Source of the DNA: a virus
Direction: 5' to 3' (one strand)
DNA length: 64,000 bases
Virus record (IMG/VR): IMGVR_UViG_3300035698_026482
Location: 1 to 64,000 of that record
Below, one piece after another: positions 34,734 through 45,400 of this stretch. Under the pieces are notes generated by a model. That model had not been told where the DNA came from. It searched no databases and was given only the letters and a program-made list of their open reading frames with translations. Position 1 is the first letter of the stretch. Each line of letters starts with the position of its first letter. Both the position numbers and the translations under genes were made by a program.

Positions 34734-35953
34734 ACGTCGTCTCTAAGGTTTGTTGTATTAATCGGAAACTCAATATCGAAATTGTCAATCCCTGATCCCG
34801 CAGCCTCCATTAGTGGAACATACATCTTCTCGTCAGGATGTACATCAAGGATTAGCGCATCGTGCAACACAAAAAGAGGTTTCGTCTGGAGATCTTCTTT
34901 TTTAATATAGTCTACAATTTTGGTGAATCCCAAAAGAGCTACATCGACACCAGATGATTGCATGTACGAGTTATAAAGAATATGATCGACGTTTAGGCTT
35001 TCGACGCGACGCCCGTAACAATTGCGTATAAACCCATCATTTTCTTCATGTTCAGATCTCAACTTGTTCGTGAAGCCTGTCACATCAAAATGGTCACGAA
35101 GGCGATCAACTAGCCAATCTGCAGATCCGGGTTCAACGTGCTCGCTTAGCATTTTTGCGCCGCCACCGTAAATCGTTGCAAGTACAGCAAGTTTAGCAAT
35201 TTGACGAGGTACATCGCCCAGTACATGCGTTCCTATATCTGTATAAATGTCAGAAGCTGGCTTAAGACCTGCTTCATATGCAGCTATTCTTGCCTCAAGC
35301 GACATATAATCAAGCATGAGGATTTCACCATGTTCCCATCTTGATTGAATTACTTGACGATGGTCTTTTCGCAACGTTAAAATATTGGGTCCCTCGGATA
35401 CAACAAGACGACCCGTACGGGTACCGAGCTGATTATATTTGATTTGCTTGGCATATCCATCATCTAATGGACAAAACGATTTCAATGCTTCGGTGTTTCT
35501 ACTGGCAATATCAACATATTTCCACCATTTACCTTCATCGATTTTTGCCCTTACCAGAGATCCCAGGAGACGTTGTGAGGGCTCAAAGACAGAGACATAG
35601 TAACCTATATCATTACCGCTTAAAGCCCTCTTGACGTCACCAATGAGCTCGTGCAGTAGCTCACGATAGCGATCACCAGGGATAACGCGCCACCACGGTA
35701 CGTCTGCAGGCAATGCACCCAACACAGACATCGCTTTTATGTGAGGCTCATCAGGAAAAGTTGAATCAAGTCCAGATAAGCTCAGCAGCGAATCAATGCT
35801 TTTTGCGTATTCAGGACCAGCCCCAAGGATCCACGCGCCATCATCTGGAATTTTTGCCGATCGAAGCTTGCCTGTATCTAAATCCGCGACAACGTATTGT
35901 GGCGCGCCGACGGCTTGAGGCGATAGCCAAACTTCCATTCTCAAATGGTACAA
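34730..35953 (-). CDS. Compact family-A DNA polymerase (polymerase domain only)
   Basis: TRTGRL, motif A LDYMSLEARI, motif B RQIAKLAVLATIYG, motif C LHDALILDV. Confidence 0.8.
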   Translation of the reverse strand: MYHLRMEVWLSPQAVGAPQYVVADLDTGKLRSAKIPDDGAWILGAGPEYAKSIDSLLSLSGLDSTFPDEPHIKAMSVLGALPADVPWWRVIPGDRYRELLHELIGDVKRALSGNDIGYYVSVFEPSQRLLGSLVRAKIDEGKWWKYVDIASRNTEALKSFCPLDDGYAKQIKYNQLGTRTGRLVVSEGPNILTLRKDHRQVIQSRWEHGEILMLDYMSLEARIAAYEAGLKPASDIYTDIGTHVLGDVPRQIAKLAVLATIYGGGAKMLSEHVEPGSADWLVDRLRDHFDVTGFTNKLRSEHEENDGFIRNCYGRRVESLNVDHILYNSYMQSSGVDVALLGFTKIVDYIKKEDLQTKPLFVLHDALILDVHPDEKMYVPLMEAAGSGIDNFDIEFPINTTNLRDDV

Positions 35954-35970
35954 AACATGTAGAACGTTTT

Positions 35971-38943
35971 TTAGCTTTTCATTAGTTCTGCCAATTCGGC
36001 GAGAGCGGCCTCAGTTCTATTGACTGAAGATTCATAGCGGCCGTATCCTTGAAGCGGTGTCATTTGAAACGCAGATTTGAACGCGCCTGGCTCAAGTGTA
36101 TGTTGCAGCGACGTTATTGCATACAAATTATCTAAATCGGTGCCTGTTTGCGCATCGACGAAGAACTGTTGTGTAAATGCCAAAAGAGGACAGCCCATTG
36201 TTGTTACACTCAGCTCTGCCGGCACTGTCTTTAGCGGTACACCACCTCGACCAGACCCTTCTGGTGTAATAGATCCCGCGCGGTCTGTTCGAAGCATGTT
36301 GACAGTAGACAATGCTGGGTTTTGCATTGACTGTAATCCTAGCTGCTCGACGGCAGTGTTTTGTGCGCCGTAAATAATATTTGGAGCTGTTGAGCGCACA
36401 AAATCCTTTACCGCCCGAGGGCCGCCAACAAGGCGATAATGTGTATAACGAGGGCCTTCTGGATCATTATCCGATGCTTCTGTTCCTGGCACACCTTCAA
36501 GTATACCAGTTGCAACGCCTGCCTTCACGTAAACGTTAGCCCTTAGCTGTTGCATACCCATATCTTTTTTGTCAACGCTATCTGTGAAACTAATCGCGCT
36601 TAAATCAGAATCTCTTGACGCCGCCAGCATTTGACCTTGTGTTTCATACGCCGTAGCAGCCTTGTCAAATACATGAATACGCAAAATTGTTTTTTCATCT
36701 GCAGTATGAAGATTTTGGTTTATTGATGCATCTAGCACACGGGCAGGCAGTGTTTCCATGTGGAGATCAATTTGAGGCATCTTAAAAACGCCATCTGATA
36801 CACCCATCTTGATTAACTTTTGTTCTGAATCAGTAGCCGCTCTTGCGTCTTTATCTTTGCCACGATACTTCGATGAATTTGGGCTAACTTTGCCCTCTTT
36901 ATCTTTTTTATAGATCGTCGACATACCATAGCTTATTGCAGCCATATTGTCAAGAAATGTTTGTGTGATGAAATTCATAAATTCACCAACTGCGATGCCT
37001 GCGCCACGACGCTCCATAACAAACGTGTCAAATTCTCTTCTTAATTCATCTTTGCGAATCAAAAATCCAGCAACAGACGTATTGCGAGCTGCGCCTGCTG
37101 ACGCATTTAGCGGATAGAATAATATCTGAATATCGTCGAACCTGAGCGTGTTCGCAAGCGGCGCACCCACAAATGCCATGATAACTTTGCCTAGCGAAAC
37201 ATATTCAGACTGCTCGTCTAAAATCGTCGAATACTCGCCGACGGTAAGATTTGATACGCTCTCAAAAAAATATGGATCAACTAGCGCGCCAAAATCAGGG
37301 TTCTCAATTGATTGAAATTTTTTGTTTATGACACCAGCAATCGAAGTGCGTAGTCGTTTAACAGCACTGCCTTCACCGGATTTTCCGCTACCGTATAAAT
37401 CCTTAAGCGTGGTCGACAATTCATCTGCATCATTTGATCCAAGACTTTCAAGGCGCTTAATCGTTGACGCAAGTTGCCGGCGTAATTTGGGATCTAAATC
37501 TGGACTGCCGTTTGTTGATTGCGCAGAGTCTAATACCTGGCTGCCAAGCACGCTCTTTGTACCTGCAGATCCGCCGCCTTTTTTCGAAGTTAAAGAATCT
37601 CTAAGATCTGTGACTCGTTCTTGCAATTCTGCAATATGATCAGCTGCTCTTTGTGTTTCCATATCGCTACCAATCATTGTTGAGCGATATTCATTGATGC
37701 CCTTCATTGCAAGTTCAAGCGTTATCTGAACTGATCCATCGTCTTGCAAATTAAAACTAGAGTTGACAATACCGTACTTTTCCTTGACGCGCATCGCGTT
37801 TAATAATGCGCCCCACGGATTTTGTAAATAATCATGAGGACTTTGGCTTGACATCGGGTGATGCCATCCGTACTCAAGCAGAAACTCAGTTTTTCCGTAT
37901 AAATCCGGCTTAACAAAGTCGGCGACCTCATGCAAGCGCGATCGATCATGTACAGTTAATGTAACCTGCGCAGTTTTAAAACTCATGAAGCCCGTTGTTG
38001 CCGCGACGTTGATATTAACACGTTCTAGTGACATCAACGGACGAAACGGATCTAGAATATCAGTGGGACGCAGCGAAGGTGCATTTATCTCCTGGAAATT
38101 GCCCGACGGGCCAACTGGTGCCATTGTTTGTGGCGCAAGAAATAGCTCCATACCTGCCACACCAGTCGCATCATTTCCTTCGTCAATAGTATCGTTTCCC
38201 GCAGACGCCATACTATGATCGGGAGTATCACCATTTATGGTTGCAGAACCTAAAACGAATTTGAGTGAAGAAGGTGCGCTCAGACGACCGTCGGCGCTTA
38301 AGGCGGATCGGCCAGTTTGCATTGTTAATTCAACGTAGGGAACTGCCCTGGAAAACTCAATCGCTGGAATAGCATTCATAAACAGCGTTAGCGCGGCAAC
38401 GTTTTTTGTGCCCGGTGATATGCCAATCGGATGAACCATCAATGAAGAGAGACCCGGTGTCAGCCGCGTAGGTTCTTTCGCATTGATAAATTCATCTGAA
38501 ATGTTTAGCATTTCATTTACGGACTCGACGCTGCCTACTTGTAGTTCTTTATTCGCAATATCTTTTGATGAGTTAATAGCTATTACGCGAAGAAGATTTT
38601 CTTCTGCCTGCGTTTTTTCATCACCCTCAAGACCCGTCATCTGTTCTTCAATATGTCGAACAAGATCCCGCGTTGTATATGCACCTTTTATCGTATCAAG
38701 TACAGCACGCTTAACAATATCATGAATTGCTCCCACGCCAAGGGCATCTTTATTTGCTTGCGCAGTTATAGGATCCAGCGCATTTTCAGAGCTGTCGACA
38801 ACAGATGCAATTAAATCATCGGGTGTACCAAGACTAAAAAATGGCGCTAGTCCAGTTCCGCCTTCTTGTCCTGGATTACCGCCAACGATAATGTTTAGGA
38901 TTGATTCGCGTGAATTTAAATCACCTGATTTACCTGATCCCAT
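35971..38943 (-). CDS. Large virion protein, probable baseplate hub or tail-associated
   Basis: 990 aa in the tail cluster; LLEYGW, KYGIVN..F and C-terminal MGCPLL..QQFFVD...YAITSLQHTL resemble hub-like folds. Confidence 0.55.
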   Translation of the reverse strand: MGSGKSGDLNSRESILNIIVGGNPGQEGGTGLAPFFSLGTPDDLIASVVDSSENALDPITAQANKDALGVGAIHDIVKRAVLDTIKGAYTTRDLVRHIEEQMTGLEGDEKTQAEENLLRVIAINSSKDIANKELQVGSVESVNEMLNISDEFINAKEPTRLTPGLSSLMVHPIGISPGTKNVAALTLFMNAIPAIEFSRAVPYVELTMQTGRSALSADGRLSAPSSLKFVLGSATINGDTPDHSMASAGNDTIDEGNDATGVAGMELFLAPQTMAPVGPSGNFQEINAPSLRPTDILDPFRPLMSLERVNINVAATTGFMSFKTAQVTLTVHDRSRLHEVADFVKPDLYGKTEFLLEYGWHHPMSSQSPHDYLQNPWGALLNAMRVKEKYGIVNSSFNLQDDGSVQITLELAMKGINEYRSTMIGSDMETQRAADHIAELQERVTDLRDSLTSKKGGGSAGTKSVLGSQVLDSAQSTNGSPDLDPKLRRQLASTIKRLESLGSNDADELSTTLKDLYGSGKSGEGSAVKRLRTSIAGVINKKFQSIENPDFGALVDPYFFESVSNLTVGEYSTILDEQSEYVSLGKVIMAFVGAPLANTLRFDDIQILFYPLNASAGAARNTSVAGFLIRKDELRREFDTFVMERRGAGIAVGEFMNFITQTFLDNMAAISYGMSTIYKKDKEGKVSPNSSKYRGKDKDARAATDSEQKLIKMGVSDGVFKMPQIDLHMETLPARVLDASINQNLHTADEKTILRIHVFDKAATAYETQGQMLAASRDSDLSAISFTDSVDKKDMGMQQLRANVYVKAGVATGILEGVPGTEASDNDPEGPRYTHYRLVGGPRAVKDFVRSTAPNIIYGAQNTAVEQLGLQSMQNPALSTVNMLRTDRAGSITPEGSGRGGVPLKTVPAELSVTTMGCPLLAFTQQFFVDAQTGTDLDNLYAITSLQHTLEPGAFKSAFQMTPLQGYGRYESSVNRTEAALAELAELMKS

Positions 38944-38946
38944 AAG

Positions 38947-39240
38947 CTATCCCATCACAAGCAGTACATCGTCAAGCAGCGGGATTCGCAAATATGTGCC
39001 GGGTGGTACTTGCGAGGCCCATCCAATATTACTAGCTGCAGCAATTACCCACCAATAGCGACCATCACCGTATTCATTACCAGCAATTGTATCCAGGCGT
39101 TCGAGCCCTGAAAGCGTTGTTTCTCGAAATTGAATTGTTCCAGAGGCGATGCCAGCCCTGATTGCTTTGATTGCGCTGGAAGTTCCAAAACGCTTTCCCA
39201 GCGCCAGTACTGGAGTCCGGGCATATCTGCTTACAGACAT
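38947..39240 (-). CDS. LysM / tail-X-like baseplate protein
   Basis: RLDTIAGNEYGDGRYWWVIAAASNIG..VPPGTYLRIP. Confidence 0.75.
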   Translation of the reverse strand: MSVSRYARTPVLALGKRFGTSSAIKAIRAGIASGTIQFRETTLSGLERLDTIAGNEYGDGRYWWVIAAASNIGWASQVPPGTYLRIPLLDDVLLVMG

Positions 39241-42165
39241 TTATATACCTCCATTATTGGAGCTTTTATTTTGGTGTTTATCCATAATGGCAGCAGCGTT
39301 TCCATTTACATCGTATACGTCTTCTGCAAATGTGTTCATAACCTGTCCTGTTGGGTAAACAGGCGCTCTATTAAAGCCGTTCGAGTCAAGTCCTGGCGGA
39401 ATATCGTGCACGACAGCAAACGAAATATCAACCCTACAAATTTGTGGCGCACGACTACCGTGTATTCCCGTTGACCATGATCCGTTTGCTGTTGCTTCGT
39501 TCCAATCAAAATTCATTGACGTTATAAATCCAGCCGTGCCTTTGCCTTGCACATTTTTAAACGAACGCACAATTGCATTTGACTGTCCACCGAAGTCGAA
39601 GAACTTTGTTTTATCGTCGCTTGAAGCGGGTGTGTCGGCGCGCTCAATCAGGTCCTTGGCTGTTAACCCCTCTAAATTCGCTGCAACCAGCTCTGCGGTG
39701 AGTTTCAACAAATCACCAGGAATCATCATGTGATATTTGTTTAATTCGTCGTCTGTTGTTACCGGCGATACAACATATAGTTTTGCATGTTCGCCAAGAA
39801 ATTCGCCGACGGTGTCCCTACTTTCTATTTTAACTCTTATTCCGCCCTTTCGAACAATAGCCTCTAATTTTCTTGCAGCTTTTGCGTCGTCAGACTTGCT
39901 TCCAAGGCCTGCAGACAAAACATCTTTTTTAGAAAAGCTTTTCGGGTTAACGGCCTGAAGGTATGCGAATTTACCCGTTTGCCAACCCAGGGTTTCAATT
40001 TCTTTTTTCTGCTTTTCCCACTCTTCGGCGATCTTAACAGTGTCAGGCGCCGGCGCCTTAGATGATAGAAAATCGTCCTCGTCAACGCCGAATAGGCGCG
40101 CTAGCGCAAGGTTCGAATAATTTGACTTAAACAAGTCGCCAAGTCGAAGTCTGCACAACGGTGATGCAGCGGGGATTTGCGAAAATGGTTGTCTAAATTT
40201 GCGACCGTTCGAATCAGTAACCAGACGTCCCTTTGTCCATTGCGGATATACAAGCGTAACAAGCTTATTGATTTTCACGTACATGTCATCAAAGTCTTCT
40301 TCGTTTGTCGCAACGACATGAAATGACAGACTAAATGTTCTTGCAGTGTTCACATACGTCATGATTGGGTCTACGCGACCATATGGTGACATCGTATTAT
40401 AGTTCGGCGCATAGCTTTCATTGACGCTGGCTATGAAAGCATGAAACGCTACAAACTCGTTTGTGCGAAGATCATGAAAGTAGAATGGCACGTATTCTGA
40501 ATCCAGTGCCGCTTCAATTGTCTCTGCATCCTCCTGAGAAAGTCTTGGCTTATTAAAAATTGACTTTTGTAGACCCTGTAAGTCAGGCCCCAACATCCGC
40601 TGGTGGGCGATGCCTAGGGTATTAATGCCCCTTCGCTTGCCAATATTAACGCCAGCAGTGAACATTGATCGTGGCATAATAAGCGCAGCCGGTGCTGAAC
40701 CCTGTCGCCATGCAAGCGCATTTTGGGCGGTTTGATCCCTACTTTTTCCTTGACGCGTTGTCGGATTCGTTGCTAAGGCATCAACAAGCGAACCGCGAGG
40801 CGCAATTTTTTTGCCATCGATCTTTTCAATGCCGCGCTCTTCCGCAGTCAATGCTCGATCACCAATTTGCGCAATGATATTAAGAAACGCGATGATCTTA
40901 GACGTTCTCAGGATGTCCACAAGACCCAGGACGGACTGTGCGCCGGCGACTATATTACCACCACTAATCTTCTTGAATGCATCCACGATGGACGTGATGA
41001 TTCGTGCGCCTGACTGGATTATCACTCGAACCATATTGGCATAAAAGCCAGGGCTTCTTGTTACCCTGCGAAAACTGGTGCCATCAAAGTCAAAAAAGAC
41101 CTTAAGCCCCGTCTTTGCAGCTTCGTTATAATCGCGATCGAGATGAATTATTCCAATATCAGTTAGTGAAATTAGGGCGCCCTTTTGATTATTGCTACGG
41201 CCATACTCGCCCATCGTTAATTTGTCGACCGATGATTTTACGGGTCGGCGGCCGGCGCGCGCTGCGCCGATCAATGAAAATATTCCCAAAAGCGCACGTG
41301 TTGCTAATTGCAATGCAATAATGAGAATTACTGCGAGGCCCGTCATGCCAAGCGGTAAAAAGCCGTCAAATGGCTCATTACAACTATTCATTTGACCAAA
41401 TGATGCATGTCCAGACCCGATAATATCACGAAGTCTTGAGCGACGGCCTCTAGCGCCAAGGCCAACACCCGGTGCGCCAGGCACATCTTCGGCATACATG
41501 CTGGTGCCATCTATTCGCCCGCCCAACTGTGCTTGTCCAGGAAGTAGTGATGCTAATGACACGCCAGGACTAGTCGGATCACCTTCAATAAATTCGCCCG
41601 TGGCCCTGAGCATGAGGGATAACCCGACCTTACGAAGCTCTTCGAACTGCGCGGGTGCACCCGGTTCCGACGTTCCAAATCCTCTGGGCATTACTGCAAA
41701 GGTGTCTGGAATTTTGCCATCCTTAAAGAAATGATTGCCTGGCGAAAAGCGGTTCGTTTTCAGAACGGCTGACGTGGCATTCACAATTGTCTCTGCAGTC
41801 GGATCATCTTCAGGTCTTGCGACGTCGACAATTGTCCCATTAGTGTCTGGCGAAGCACCCTTAATCGCAGACAATATGTCTAACGCTGTGACGTCTGTCG
41901 ACGTCGTTGTTTGTAGAATTTCTTGAAGTTTTGTGAACTCTGCAACGGATAAATTGCGATAAAACTCACCAAGCTCATGCTTTTCAATTTGTTCTTGTGT
42001 GGCGAATGTTTCATCGTCAAGATACTTGTTCCCTGTATCGACGTCTGTTTGTTGCTTTCGCAAAAAATCAGCTAACGTTTTCTTAACAGGTCTAATAAAA
42101 TCATCGCCATCCTTGACGTGACCTTCATTTCCTGTTTTGGTAAGCTCTGGAACAAGTTTTGGCAC
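39241..42165 (-). CDS. Large tail or baseplate protein (tube-initiator-like domain)
   Basis: PFYFHDLRTNE...YGRVDPIMTY.NT.RTFSLSF...LVYPQW...PLCRLRLGDL; lies between the tape measure and the LysM gene. Confidence 0.55.
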   Translation of the reverse strand: MPKLVPELTKTGNEGHVKDGDDFIRPVKKTLADFLRKQQTDVDTGNKYLDDETFATQEQIEKHELGEFYRNLSVAEFTKLQEILQTTTSTDVTALDILSAIKGASPDTNGTIVDVARPEDDPTAETIVNATSAVLKTNRFSPGNHFFKDGKIPDTFAVMPRGFGTSEPGAPAQFEELRKVGLSLMLRATGEFIEGDPTSPGVSLASLLPGQAQLGGRIDGTSMYAEDVPGAPGVGLGARGRRSRLRDIIGSGHASFGQMNSCNEPFDGFLPLGMTGLAVILIIALQLATRALLGIFSLIGAARAGRRPVKSSVDKLTMGEYGRSNNQKGALISLTDIGIIHLDRDYNEAAKTGLKVFFDFDGTSFRRVTRSPGFYANMVRVIIQSGARIITSIVDAFKKISGGNIVAGAQSVLGLVDILRTSKIIAFLNIIAQIGDRALTAEERGIEKIDGKKIAPRGSLVDALATNPTTRQGKSRDQTAQNALAWRQGSAPAALIMPRSMFTAGVNIGKRRGINTLGIAHQRMLGPDLQGLQKSIFNKPRLSQEDAETIEAALDSEYVPFYFHDLRTNEFVAFHAFIASVNESYAPNYNTMSPYGRVDPIMTYVNTARTFSLSFHVVATNEEDFDDMYVKINKLVTLVYPQWTKGRLVTDSNGRKFRQPFSQIPAASPLCRLRLGDLFKSNYSNLALARLFGVDEDDFLSSKAPAPDTVKIAEEWEKQKKEIETLGWQTGKFAYLQAVNPKSFSKKDVLSAGLGSKSDDAKAARKLEAIVRKGGIRVKIESRDTVGEFLGEHAKLYVVSPVTTDDELNKYHMMIPGDLLKLTAELVAANLEGLTAKDLIERADTPASSDDKTKFFDFGGQSNAIVRSFKNVQGKGTAGFITSMNFDWNEATANGSWSTGIHGSRAPQICRVDISFAVVHDIPPGLDSNGFNRAPVYPTGQVMNTFAEDVYDVNGNAAAIMDKHQNKSSNNGGI

Positions 42166-42174
42166 TATCTGTTA

Positions 42175-42453
42175 TTATCCCTTTTTGATTATATCTACGC
42201 GCTCGGGATCGCGCTCTGCCATCACACCTAGAAATGCTTCAATAAAATCTGGCTTTTCAATCATTTCCAAAATGGGCTCAATTGCACCAGACTGCATTCC
42301 TGTAACAAAATCAAGTGCAAGTGACTCAACTTTTTCGCGTTGATCTTCCGGAAGGGACGCACAAATCTGCTTGTACATCGGATCATTTTTTAGCATCTTA
42401 CGAAGATCACTAATGTCCAATTTTTCTAATTGCTTTTTAATTGCGGGATCCAT
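42175..42453 (-). CDS. Hypothetical protein
   Basis: 92-aa ORF downstream of the tape measure. Confidence 0.7.
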   Translation of the reverse strand: MDPAIKKQLEKLDISDLRKMLKNDPMYKQICASLPEDQREKVESLALDFVTGMQSGAIEPILEMIEKPDFIEAFLGVMAERDPERVDIIKKG

Positions 42454-42468
42454 TTGTATTCCTATCTA

Positions 42469-45400
42469 TTATGGTCGTGCCTTAGGCGCGCCCTTTCCAC
42501 TAGATCCATCGATCTTAAACCAACGGCCCTTATGAATTTGTGCTGCAATATCCTCTGTGTCCATTTTAACGTCAAGCTTGATGTTAATATTGACTTTATC
42601 ATTGGTGATTGTAAACTTATCCTTGACGCCCATTGACTTTGCCAGCGCCTTAAGCTTAGGCTTGATGTCTACGGTTTGTATATTTGCCAATGATTTGTTA
42701 GTGATGTTGACTGATTCAACCATCGAACTAACAACGGTCGCAATACCTGTGTACTTGTCCTTCACCTTGTCCAGGATTTTATACACATTATCAACTGACA
42801 TTGAAGCATTTGACATGCTAGTAATTGCATCATCTCCGAACTTCGGTAACTCCATTATCGAAAATGCATCATTGATAATGATTAGGCGTCCGTTAACGCC
42901 TTCAATGCTCGCAACCGTTTCATCTGTAATCTGACCCGTGGTTTTACCAAAGTCTACAATTGTCGTGACAAATGATCCGTATGGTGCTAGCCAATCGTTG
43001 ATCACCTTAGCGTCAACTTGACCCCTAGCTAAGATCATTTTGCCGATCGTGTCAGTTGAGTTTCTTATGACCCTGAATAGGCCCTCAAGTTTGCCGAATG
43101 CCTCAGTCAGCGCTCCTGCATCCAGCGTCTTGGTTTCGGTAAGAATGCTATTGAGTGCCTTAGGCACCAATGCGAACCCGTTAATCGTGTCTGTCAACTT
43201 TTCGAACCCAACGACATCAGTCGTTTTAAACGCGTCCATAACAGTTTCCATATGCTTTTGAATTTTAAGTAATGCAGGCTTGAGCGTTGACTCGAATGTC
43301 GACTCCATCTCTTTAAGTTTTTCTGGATCGATAGCCGTAATTTCGTTAAGAAATCCTAGATCCTTAGGACCAACAGAATCCTTTACACCCTTCAACGTCG
43401 CATCATTTATTTCTGCTGTTATTTTGCCTACGCGCTCACCAATTATTTTAGGATCGATAAACGAACCACCCATTTCGGACTGCAGTTGCGCAGCGGCTTG
43501 CTTACGAAATTCTGCGCTTTTAGCGAGGGCATCGTCACCCCGGAGCTTTGAAAAATCTGTGCCGCTATCTTTTGCGAGCTTTGCAGCTCTAGCATTCATT
43601 AGATCATCTTGCTTGCGTTGCTGGCTTTGTAGCGCAATCTTTTCATCTTCAATCGCGATTGTTACGCCCTGCGCTCGTAGTTTATTAATTTCATTTAACG
43701 CGTTGATTTCGCCTGACTGCAATTTACCTGCCAGTTCGCGATTTGTGATTTTTGCAAACTGCTCTTCGTCGAGCGCCTTCATTCGCGCGTCGTGTTGTTG
43801 GGCAATTTCCTTATTAATCTTAGCTGTCTGACCAAAGAAAACGTCAAGCTTTTCAGCCATCCATCCTGAAATGTTGAAATATTTGTCGAGTAATAGACCT
43901 ATGCCTATTCCGCTGAGCGCAGCGGTTAAAATTCCGCCAATTAATGCAGCCCCCGTAGCGCCGACGGCAGCGGCACCGATACCGATGGCCGTCGTCGCAG
44001 CTTTTTTCAAGCCCGACACAAGTACAGACCCTAAGCGCTTAATCCAGCCAGGCTTAATGACGCCGCCATTCAGGCCTTCAGCTATACCTTTTGCGCCAGC
44101 GAGGCCAACGCTTTTCGTTGCATTAAATAATATTTTTGAGGCACCCTGCAGCGCTGATACTGATAGCCCTGCAATAATAGCTTTTGTTAGCCCAGCCAAT
44201 AAAATTTTCTCAGCGACCCATGGCCACCACTCGTTAAAGAAGGCTATCATTGGCGGCTTAATTTTTTCCCACGCAGTTTCAATCATGAGCATGAAAGCGC
44301 TGGTTAATTGCCCGATGACTGGGCCTGTAAATGCATCAATTATAGGTTGGAGGAATTCTTGTATTGGCCCAGCGGCATCAATTTTGGGTAATGCGCCATC
44401 CTTAATCCAGTTCGCTATGAACATGAACGTATCACGTAGACCCTCAAGTGCCATTTTCGCCATGCCGGCGATGATATTGACCATCGCCTTACCGAATGTC
44501 TTGAGACCATTTAGGAATTTTGAACCAGCGCCGGCCCTGGAATCGAAAAAATCGAAGAACTTCTCCTTTAATTTCGCCATTAGCGTTGGAAAAGAGTTGG
44601 CTGCATCATCTCCCCCAACATCTTTGAAGAATTGCTTGAAAATGCCTACGATACCTGATGTCAGTTCTTTGAACTTCTTGGTATCAAACATCTCGCGAAG
44701 GCCCTTAACCATATCGGCGACGCCAGGAAATGCCTCAACAAAGGTTCGTCCGAGCTCCATACCAGCGTGTCGTGTGATACGAAGGGCTTTTCTAATATCC
44801 CACATCAGTCCGCGGAAATCTTTCGACCATTTGACGCCGCGCTCAAATCCCTTGAAGAATTGGGTAAAGAAGCCACCTTGCATGCTACCGGTTTTAACAA
44901 GACGTTCAATTGAATCTGCAAGTTTACCCATGGCCTCTTGTTGAGTCATGGTCTTTTTCTGGTTATTGCCTTGCTGCTTCTCGATCTGGGACATGGACAT
45001 GCCCTGATTCTTCAACGAGAATGCCATTTTTGTTGCAGACTCATCAAGGCCGGTTTGCTGGGAAAGAAGCTTTAATTCTTGGCGTGAAAGCTTTTCTGCG
45101 TCAATGCCCGCCATCGCCATTGACTTGCGAAGCATATCAACGCGCTTCGTGGGATCCTGCTCACGCATCATCTCCATTGCATCAACATTTGCACCAAAGC
45201 TTTGGGCGAGCATTGCTGCACCACGCGCCGCGTCTTCAAAGTTATCATATGCGTCGATGACGCCGATGACATCCTTAATTTCAAGGCCCAACTTACGCAC
45301 GTATACTGACGCACGAGACATCTCGTGTGCAGTCATATTGCCAAAATGGGAAACATCCTCAGTCATCTCAGTAATGTCTCTCGCGATCACCTTGTGGCTC

